The position numbers and the translations under genes are program-made. Positions 23,614-33,798 of a stretch of DNA of 64,000 nucleotides are shown in pieces. The stretch is from Kudoa neothunni. Its lineage: Eukaryota; Animalia; Cnidaria. The stretch lies in the NCBI GenBank assembly GCA_964304625.1, contig OZ199838.1:9939741-10003740 (forward strand), given 5' to 3'. Below the pieces are notes generated by a model. That model ran no database searches. It was not told the origin of the DNA and saw only the letters and a list, made by a program, of their open reading frames with translations. How positions within the stretch are numbered: the stretch's first letter is position 1; each line of letters begins with the position of its first letter.

Positions 23614-25296
23614 ATATTCTTGAACTATTGTGTGAATATATAATTTTCTCGAACTTTTTTCTTCTTCCTAAGCTATTTGATTGTGGTTGTGTTGTATTTA
23701 CACCAAAAGACTTAATGCTGGTGAATGTCTTAATTGACAGGCACATTTATTTGAGCGTTAAGTAATATTCCCAATCTAGTTTAACGGAATTATTAATGAT
23801 TTATATCTAAGGTGCATTCCATTTATTATTTGTTTACCAAATTAGAAAAAATTATGTTTTATCGTTACGTTTTAGCAAAAATGTTTAAATAATGTAATGA
23901 ATCCTTCATTTTATTTTTGGGAGCTTTTTTTTAGCAACACAAAGATAATTTAAATTCTTTTAGTATTTGCTAAGTTTTTTTAAGGTATGTTAAGTTGTAT
24001 CTATCTATTACTAAATTTTCTGGTGGTATATTTAATTTCTGTGGGAATTTTTTGGAAAAATGTTTAGTCATTTATTAAAATGATCAATAATTGAGTGCTT
24101 CTGTAGCGGCTGATAGGATGGGTTGAGGAACATAGATTTACAAATTGATATTTTTAGTAAAACGGTGTTTTTTATGTTTATAATAACTAGGATGCACATG
24201 GAATCTTAATTTGAATCAAATGCTTATTAAATTTTGTTGTAAAATTCAATGTATCCTACTGATAGATTAAAGCATTTAATTGATAAATCATTAAGATATT
24301 TTGGAATTAAAATATCTTAATTATTAAGGCTTCTAGAGGGACTATTACTTTATATATCAAACGATTTTTTTCTTTTTCAAAGTAAACTACGTTTTTCCAA
24401 TTACTTCTAGGTTTTTATATTTACCATAATTTAAATTTGGAATAATTAAACAATGGCTAAAATTTTATATCTACTGAAAAAAACTGTCTGATTTGAATAG
24501 ATTATAAGTGGATCTGTTGATATTGCCTTTATGAAGAGCATGAGTCGTAACTTGGTGTTTTAAAAATTTCTTCGAAGAAAATATAGATTACAGGAAATTA
24601 GGTTTTCATTATTTGTAACATGACTTAATAATTGAGACGAATTGAAATTTATGCAGATATAAATAATTGATAATATATTTTTCATTATTTAAATTATTTA
24701 TACCTTGTTCTAGACAGTTGATTTAGATGAAAAAATACTTTGTGAAGTTAATTTTATTTACGATTAAATAGTTTTTCCGTTAAATTCATTGGTATGTATG
24801 TATATGGTTATTGTGTCTATTAGATCACCAAATGACGAAGGTATGGGTAATACTTTTCGATATTATTCAAATTGACTTTTACTACAATTATAATAAATAT
24901 TTTATAAATTTTATTCTTATGAAAATGTTTTGCCAACATAATGTCTCTTGTTTTTTGGATGTTTAATGATTGTTCTGGTGTCTCTCGTCTTATGGATGAC
25001 GTTACGATTGAAAAATTTGTATTTAAAAATCACTATCATTGTTAGAAATCATCTTGTTTCAAAAATATTAAGATAGATATAATTTTATAATATTTGACGC
25101 TCGAAAATGAATTTGGAGAATTTGGATTTGAACATTTCGGATACTCAGGGTTTTTTTTACAGTTCTTAAACATTATAAATAAGTTTTAAATCTTATTGCA
25201 AAAATACATTACCTAGCTTAAACCAGAATAAACTTCTTAGCTGATACATCCCTCATATTTTAAGATAAGTTTTTTTCTCAACTGTTAATTCAAATA

Positions 25297-25384
25297 CAGT
25301 GCAACAGGGCTCGTACGTAATGCAGCGATTCTACGTAATGAGACTCCATTCCCCGACTCATTACGTACAAGCTCTGTTGGACTG
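25297..25384. mobile_element. 88-bp MITE (Tc1/mariner-pogo type)
   Basis: TIRs CAGTGCAACAGGGCTCGTACGTAATG / CATTACGTACAAGCTCTGTTGGACTG; TA on the left. Confidence 0.6.
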
Positions 25385-25832
25385 TGCTAACAAGTCTGAC
25401 AATTATAATTATCAGCATTATTTGAAGACTTGGAAAACTAACTGTTGTTGTCTTATATTGTAATCCTTGTCTATATATTAATTTTCAAATCTAAATTATA
25501 ATCACTCAAATTTCTTTGTCGTGAATGATGCTGTTATTGTCCAAGATCTCGAGACAAAAAAGCGAGGACTTTTTTGTTTGCGGAACCAAATGTAATCAAA
25601 GCAATTCAATAGTTGTTTATGTGATGTGTTGTAACATTAAAAACTAATATAATATAAATATCTCGTATTTTATCCATTTTGAAACAATATGTATTGTTTT
25701 TTTATTGGGCGTGATTATTAATAAATTGATTATAAAGGAAACAATTTTTAAGACTTTCGCTAATGTACGATGATATATATTTTTATTAATTCCCATCAAA
25801 TCCAAACTTGTTAAATTAGATGCCTAAGTTAA

Positions 25833-26033
25833 CCCTCTAAATGTTTCGGCAATGATCGTTAACAGCCGGCTGTGTTATAATTGTGACATTTTTCAATATT
25901 TTGTGGATAGTTTTCTCTCACACTTTAGTAAATTACTTATTACATTTTTCCAATGATTCAAGTTAAAAAAATGTGGGGTTCATTGGACCTCAAAAGAAGG
26001 AATATGTAAGTCGATTTTCAGGCGCTTGGAAGG
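25833..26033 (+). mobile_element. TTAA-flanked piggyBac-like MITE
   Basis: TTAA|CCCT at the start and GAAGG|TTAA at the end; 3' part similar to 17870-17930. Confidence 0.55.
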
Positions 26034-26114
26034 TTAAACTCCTTCAAATAATTATTAAATTTATTTCCGTTTCCATCTTATTTTCGAAGAAAATATGAAC
26101 AACATTTTCCAATA

Positions 26115-27087
26115 CAGTAAGAAACCAATTTCACATAATCCCCTCGGAACCAAAAAAAGGTCGAAAATTGGTCACGCCCGGTTTTACGCGCTCGCGTGCG
26201 CAATTATTCCAGAAAAAATTGACATTTAATAATGTTTAAGTTGCGTTTAAAAAGGCCAGTTAACTATATATTTATTTAAAAAATAATTAAAACTCGATAA
26301 ATACATTAACAATAAAAAGCTGTTTTTCAGAAATCTATGCAATACTTCCAATGTTGCTATTGGAACAGTAAGACAGTTTCAACCACATTGTGAATAAAAT
26401 TTTCAGAGTATATTTAAAAGATATTATGATCGGATGAATCTACTCTGAAGTAGTTTCAGCCGTAGAATCAGTAGATTAATTAATAAAATATGATTTTAAA
26501 ACGTTGGACCTTTTTTAAGAACAGCGAAACTCACCACGAATTACACATGGAGGTAAACTTTTTTCTTCGTCTAATTAATTTCTCTGGATGATTATCGTGA
26601 CGGCTCCCACTCAATCTACCCATATATCGGCATCAACAGAATGAAATTGTCCTGCATGCAAATAATTTATATTTTTATATTCTAAAAACATTTATAGGTT
26701 TTGATTATTTCATTTTTCATCTCTGGGATGCCATTAAAGCCGAGATAATAGATATTTTAAAACGCGATGCAGTGACAATTTTTGGGTCATTAGACTGGAT
26801 ACTTTCATAATAATAAGAAATATTGTACTTTCGGCAAAAGGTATAGTTATAGGAGTTTTTTGGCATTAAATATTGACTTTACTAAATAATAAACAAGAGG
26901 CACCCCAAAAAGTGCGTGAAATTAGTCAATCGCGTGATTTTTAGTTACATTATTTGGCAACTTTTAAAAATAACTTTTGTAAACGTTTTGATTGAAATAT
27001 TATAAGAAACATATTAAATAAACAATAACCAATCAATATTCTAACTAAATCGGGTTTTAAAAAGTGTGTGAAATTGGTTACTTACTG
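26115..27087. mobile_element. Non-autonomous pogo/Tc1-type element
   Basis: TIRs CAGTAAGAAACCAATTTCACA / TGTGAAATTGGTTACTTACTG with TA TSD. Confidence 0.75.
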
Positions 27088-27496
27088 TAATTATCTTTAT
27101 TGGATTAAAATTTATAACAAGTATTTGTTAATCTTAATATTTTTGTAATTGAATAAATTAATTATTAAACTGATAATTTTTCCCTGTAAATGATTATTTA
27201 TTACAATTTTCTTGATTTTTTATTTATTCTATATATCGATCATTTGAAATTTTGTTGTTTTGTCGAAGATAATGCCAATATTTAAAGGCACGGAAAATAG
27301 TTGTATTCCTTCTAAATACTTTAGTTGGTTCTTTTTTAAATTGCATGATTACTTTACTAAATTTAAAATTATTATCAATGCATACAAAGTCTTTCCATTA
27401 AAAATATACTTGTCATCGAAAAAAACATTTTCAATTGCCACCTTAAGATAGTTCCATTAAATGTATGTACTATTTGAATATTCCGAATATAGATTT

Positions 27497-28330
27497 GGTA
27501 ATGGGAGAGTATCCAGATCCAAAATTTCGACGTGCTCGCGCATTTGCAAAGTCCCGATTCTTAGGTCCCATGATTTAACTCATTTTTAAAATATCGAGTG
27601 ACCAACAAAATTCAAAAATTCGATTCTAGAATGTTACCAAAAATCACGCTTCGGCATCAATCGACTGTCGCGCATATCAGCGCACACACATTTTTGCTCC
27701 TGTTTTTGACGTAATTAATCTTCAAAATAATACAATTTTTAAAATTTCTAAAACCATATCATTTTTACGTTTATTGGAAAAATTTTATCTTATATAAATT
27801 GTTGTACACAAAGAAGAATGATATTTAATATTTTTTCTTTAATATATATTTTCAGACGAGATTATAAGACTAATTTTCTAAGGACCTTCACATTCTTCAG
27901 TAAAAATAATAATTTAAGAGAAAACACGCCGAAATTGACAGTATCTCACTTACTTAATTAATTTATCTTTGCTGTATTGAAGAACACAGATTTAGATTGA
28001 CAGCATTAACGTAAATTTTAGAAAAAATGTCGGCCTTTTAGTTCTCAAAATTGACAAATATTGGCTGTGGAATGTTTCAACGAAGAGGGAAATTGGGTGG
28101 AGCTAATAAAATGGTTGAAGTTGACGAATACCTATTAAGGAGGTACGGTAAGAACAACTGAGAGAAATAGATTGGCAATGGAAAAATTGTTTAAAATGGC
28201 ATATTAATACGTAAAGGAATCTTGTTTAATTAATGCATTCATAAACGATATCCAAAAATAGTGCGAAACATTACAAAATATTGCGAAAATATAATTTAAT
28301 TTTAAATTATTCGTGGCATAATTATTGGCC
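27497..28330 (+). mobile_element. Merlin remnant
   Basis: Begins GGTAATGGGAG like the TIR at 7731. ~28085-28160 translates RGKLGGANKMVEVDEYLLRR. Confidence 0.55.
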
Positions 28331-28335
28331 TATAA

Positions 28336-30078
28336 CAGGGGTAGCCAAACCATGGCTCGCGAGCTACATGTGGCTCTTGAAAAAAAGTGTTTTAGTAGAA
28401 TACAAAGTTTCAACTGCTTAATCAAATGAAGAAATGAAATCTTTAATCATAAACTAGAAAATATTTTTGATTAGAAAACATAGTTACAAACTATCGTATA
28501 GTTTTAACATTTGATAGAAATCACAATTATTATTAGTTTTACTAGTAAATAAAGTTAAAACTAATGTTTATCCATTACCAACGTGACAGATATCGGAAGA
28601 ATAAAACACGAATTAATTCTTTAAAGGTGATTCATAATTCCAACTAACCAAGCGAACTTTGGAATTATGTTCCAGAAACTAAATATTCAAAATTAGAAGA
28701 AATTGTCCTCAAACTTGTTTCTATCTTCTGTACACCTTATTGTTTTGAGTCTATTTATTCAACGATGAAGTTCGTAAAAGAGAAGCATCGCCGATCCCTT
28801 CCTCACAAACAAACGCTCGACGGAATTAATTCGCACAGCAGCGCTTCCCTATCCATTTTAGTTTTCGCATCCCTTCTCAAAAAAAAGATATAAACATGGA
28901 TTTATTGTTTGGTGGGGAAATATCCTTACTAAAATTACATTAAAAAGAAAAAGGCTGTCACCTTTAACTAGAAAAACAGATCTAACTAAGATAAGTACAA
29001 CTGAGAATAGATTAAATGTTTTGACTCTTTTCTTATTCTTTTGGACAATAATTAGATCAAATGAGATTCTTTATTGGTTAAACGTATGTGCCAATCATAA
29101 GTTATAAAATGACCACACAAGTAATATTTTAATGAAAAATATCAGACGGAAATGGTTGCGCTTGCGCTGCATGTTGGATTTGGTAGTTTTTTGGTTTAAT
29201 TGTAAATAACAGATTGTGTGAAGAAAATAAGCCTATGACTCAATCTCGAATGTAAAGTTTAAGTTCATATAATTTTTGAGTACACATTAATTGAATTTGA
29301 AGTACGAAATCTACAATATTTCAACAAACAAATAAAATATACTTAATCTTGGCGCTAATTAAAGCTGAATTCTTAATTTCTTTATAGCTTTCTTTAAAAA
29401 AATATTAATTTTTATTAAAATTCGTCAAATGACTGTATGTTTATCAGACAACTTTCAGCTTGGATTGCGCACGAATCGGTAAAATACGTACAAAATATGT
29501 TCGGCCGTACAATTTTTTCGATGACTCAAGGTGAGTCTCGGACCCCCAATCGGGAAATCCTGTCGTACAGCGTTAATAGCATACGAACCGGATTACTGTC
29601 CGCTCACTGATAAGGTGGAAACATAAAAAAACTCGTAACATTCGAAACAATTTCAAAAAAAATCTGAATGAACTAAATTCTTGTGTTATCGCTTTATTCG
29701 TAAATATTTTATTTTTTGTCAGACTACCATACATGATTAAACGTGAAAAATATTTTATTATTTTTGGGACTCTTTTCATAGAGAAAAAGTTTCTTGGATC
29801 GTTAACTACTAATTTAATTTTTTGGAAATACCATCATAAATTATACCTGTACAAATTATATGTGAATTTTCAAGCGATAAACTGAATAGGAAAAAATTAA
29901 AAAACCATTACTTATAATTCTACAACATTTAATCTTAAGATAAACCCAAGATTTTCCAAAAATATAAGTTTTAACTAAGGAGGAGGAGGCACATAAATGA
30001 TTTTAGTGCCTTGTGGCCCCTAAAAATTAGGGAAAGCTTAAAATTAGCTCCTGATCTGAGCATGTCTGGCCACCCCTG
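28336..30078 (+). mobile_element. Degenerate hAT (Charlie/Buster-like) element
   Basis: TIRs CAGGGGTAGCCAAAC / GTCTGGCCACCCCTG. 28654-28800 encodes a hAT dimerisation remnant (LWNYVPETKYSKLEEIVLKLVSIFCTPYCFESIYSTMK). TSD poorly preserved. Confidence 0.7.
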
Positions 30079-30615
30079 CTACATAATATTGTTTAAGCGT
30101 TCTAAGAAATGCTTGAGAAACAGTCAGTAACTCTGTTATCATAAATGGTTTCGAGAATTCGCCAATTATAGATAATTGTGGTTTATTCGATTAAAAATAT
30201 TTAATGTATATAATAATAAATCATTCATCGTTTCTAACTGTGAAAAGTATGTAATTATTTACGGTACTAGTTGTGTCTTGAATGCTTCAATTATTTTAGA
30301 TGATCTCGTTGGTGTTGAAGATATGGAAGAGGCCGAAACTGTTTATGATAATTAACCTGAGAGCTATGGCATAAGAAACTTTAAAATTTCTGTGTATAAT
30401 TAAGACCGCGACCTTGATTTCGAAAACAAACAATTTCAACGAAACAACTGAAGTCAGTCAACACAATTAGGAAAGCCTTCAGCCCTGATCTCTCTATATC
30501 CTGTTATGGATCTTTATAAGAAATACTTAAAAAGTAAAAAAACTAAAATAGATAGCTATTTCGTCAACAAAGTTTAATATTAATATTGCGAGGGGCCTTG
30601 CTGTCACGTGGTATT

Positions 30616-31003
30616 GCCGAGGACATATAGCACATCGGTGTGACATTCGGACTCAGAACCTTGAGGTAATGGGTTCGTTCGAAGTTGCCGGTGGGTCTCT
30701 ATCCTATATTTGGGAGCTGTGGTTAAAGTGTATGCTCGCTGTGAAGTGGGGTGAGTGTGAATAGGAGTTTGAATCTCTGGAACCCATCGAAAGGCAAGTT
30801 ATTTGCAGTCCCCATAGAGCCAACATCCTTAAAGGGATAGGGTTTGGGATGGTGGTCGCTCTGAGACGAGGATGTTTAGTGGGTTAAAGTCCCACACTAC
30901 CGCATAAAGATAAGAGACGGGTTTATGTTACGTCTTGCGGTGCCTAAAACGTTAATAGAAGAGGTCTGACCAACCAGAATTCCACAACCTAATAATAAAA
31001 TAA
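30616..31003 (+). mobile_element. tRNA-headed SINE-like element, copy 2
   Basis: A-box TAGCACATCGG, B-box-like GGGTTCG, TTTAGTGGGT...CCCACA stem in the tail, TAATAATAAAATAA end. Homologous to 21585-22023. Confidence 0.55.
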
Positions 31004-31989
31004 GTTGCGCCAGGGGCTTTACTTCGTAAACAAAAAAATGCTGTTGCGTGGTAAATTGCATTCTCCAAAAGACCTCCCTATATCGAGGCCTTACTGTATT
31101 ATTTATATTAGGTCAATATATCTTGCGTCCTTGAGTTAAATAATATTTTCCATCTCAAGGGTGTCCTACACAGCATGAGATCGCGTTTTCATGCGCCGTC
31201 CCAATCAGTCAAAAAATGTTTCATGACCTCACGTTGGGAAACACTGGTCTATCCAGTCAGAAGTTCACCACCTAACAAGCTGTGTCAGGGGTTTGACCTT
31301 GTAAACAAATAAAAGTGGTTTACGGTAATTTTGGAGCAGCTCAATTCCTATCAATCAAAATTTATTCACAATGCGATTATTTTCTATATTTTAATCCTAT
31401 TTTGTTGCATTAATAGAAAGGCTTAATAACACTCATGAAACATCACAAATCTTATATTTATAAATATTCAATTACATTTATTAAGACATATTAATGATGC
31501 CTATTTCTACGATGCGATAGCACTGGTTGAACTGTGTTTTAAAATTTTGGAGATCAAAACTTTAATAATTAATAGAAATTATTTATTGATTTCATGGAAA
31601 AGCAGCTTCAAAAGTATTTAATTAACGTTGCGATTTGGAGTTAAACGGCCGGCCGCCTGGCACATCGATAAAACAATCTATTTCCGCCACCCGTCAACAA
31701 ATACACTTATGCAGTAAATCTGTCCAAACTCTAATTTAACCAAAATACAAAAGAACTAACCCAAATTGTTATTAAATGATAATCTCAGGAGAAAACTTAA
31801 TCTAATAAACATAAAAAATTCTATCTATGCATGTATACGTGAGACTTTCTAATAAAAAAATATTTATAACGGCGAAATTTCAAATAGAAGGTCAAATAAT
31901 TTCAGTTTTTTGAAGCTTATTAATTAATGGGTGTAAATAGGATTTGCCTTCGAAGAGCAACATCACTAACAATACTGTCAATGGTGTTT

Positions 31990-32556
31990 TCATTCTTTTG
32001 TATCATTCTTAGCTTCAGAAATAAGTTCGTCAATGTCTTTCACAAAACTGCTAGGGTCAGTATTCGGTCCGTACCTACGATAGGGTTTACCATTGTGGTC
32101 GATTAGAAACTTGGTGAAATTCCATTTGATGCTATCGTTGAACATGCCGGGAAGCTTCTTTTTCAGGAACACATAAAGAGGATTGGCATTTTTTCCGTTC
32201 ACATCAATCTTTTCAAAAACATCAAATTCGGCTTTTATGCTATCTCGGATGTAGCATTTAATCTCTTCGTTGGTGCCACTTTCTTGGCCCATAAATTGAT
32301 TGCATGGGAATGCCAATATTCTGAAAGGTTTATCTTTTCGTCTAAATAGAAAAATCAGATTAATTTTTGCAATAAACATGTACGTTGAATATATTTCATT
32401 CAATTCGGCATAATTCTTTTTCGTAAGTCCACACTTACTAGCAACGTTCACAATAAGCATTACAAAACCTTTGTATTTTGACATGCTAACGTCATCTCCG
32501 TCGATAGACCTAACGGAGAAGTCGTAAATAGTTTGATTTGAACCGGAGTCTGTCAT
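31990..32556 (-). CDS. GPX4: Phospholipid hydroperoxide glutathione peroxidase-like (Cys-type); possible N-terminal extension from ATG 32703
   Basis: NVASKCGLT, ILAFPCNQF, KIDVNG, IKWNFTKFLI. A 42-nt GT-AG intron at 32342-32383 removes the non-homologous 14-codon insert (around YMFIAKINLIFLFR). Confidence 0.88.
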   Translation of the reverse strand: MTDSGSNQTIYDFSVRSIDGDDVSMSKYKGFVMLIVNVASKCGLTKKNYAELNEIYSTYMFIAKINLIFLFRRKDKPFRILAFPCNQFMGQESGTNEEIKCYIRDSIKAEFDVFEKIDVNGKNANPLYVFLKKKLPGMFNDSIKWNFTKFLIDHNGKPYRRYGPNTDPSSFVKDIDELISEAKNDTKE

Positions 32557-33798
32557 TGAAGCGCCGTGGTTAGTCGAAAAAGAGCGAAAAAAACTTTCTT
32601 GGGATGATAATTCTTTACTATTGAGAATTAACAATCTTAATAATAAAATTTCAACACATTTCAGGGGTTTGAATTTAAATTTAAGTTCAATGATTAAAAC
32701 CATCAAGGTTACACATTAATAAATAACTCTACATGTGTACAGCACACGCAGAATGAACTTCAAATCAACCGTAAATATGTTGCTAATCATGATCTGAGAT
32801 AGCTTACACAGTTAATAAGCACCGAAATCTAGTTAATGCACTTAGCATCCAATGGTACTGACAAAACGCAAAGCTGCGCGAAACTCATACGTCTCATTTT
32901 TAATTCCCTCGTGATTTGATCGGTAGCTATCGTTTGTTGTTCCCTGTAATCTGTGGATTATTAAAGTAAACTTTCTCAATATTATTCATTTTTCAGGAAT
33001 ATTTAGGCCATTTATAATTTTGTATGTAATTATGTGAATATTATGATGTCATAGCGCTATTGGTGATTAGGATTCACTATTGCATATATTGTTTCATGAA
33101 TAAATTCGACTTAATGCTAGTTGAATCTACCTTTCAAATTGGCGGCCAACCAAATTGAGTCAGCTTTACAAACGAATGGAACTAATTCATTTAACAATTT
33201 CTAAAGATTTAATTGTTCCATTCTCTGCCCAACTATAAATTTTATAAATTCAACCCTCCCTGTATTGCGCAGAAAAAAATCAGGTGTGTTGCGACGCTTT
33301 AAACAATTTTTAAACCATTTATAAGATGTTCTACATAGGGAATTAAATTAATTATGAAGCATTAGTAGGCTACAAAACAGAGTCCATAATACACCAATAT
33401 CGGCTATCTAACATTAAGGAAGAATTTAGTGGTAAAAAAATTAAAATTGAATATATATCATCTGAAAATAAAGTAGCTCGGAAAATGAAAATCACTTTAG
33501 AAGAGGAAATCGCAAGCAAATTTGATCCGAGCGGATAGCAACAGCGGCAGCGTTATCGTATAAGATCGGAAACAACAATTTGACAATGAAAGGATTAAAT
33601 TGAATAAAGTGTTTAGTAACTAATGAATAATTTAACGTAATTTTTAAAGTATATATAAAACGTAAGGGGTTGAAGTACAGTTCTTCCCCCCCCCCCTTCG
33701 GGAGAAGACGATTTACCGCCTTCGGTATACTTCGCGACATGCTTTATGATGTATATTCTTTTGAAAATATCGACAATCTAAACTTCGAGGATATCTGT

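Noticed and set aside
30616-30690. tRNA gene
   Set aside because: A/B-box-like motifs are present but there is no acceptor or T stem; it continues into a repeat body, so it is a SINE head.
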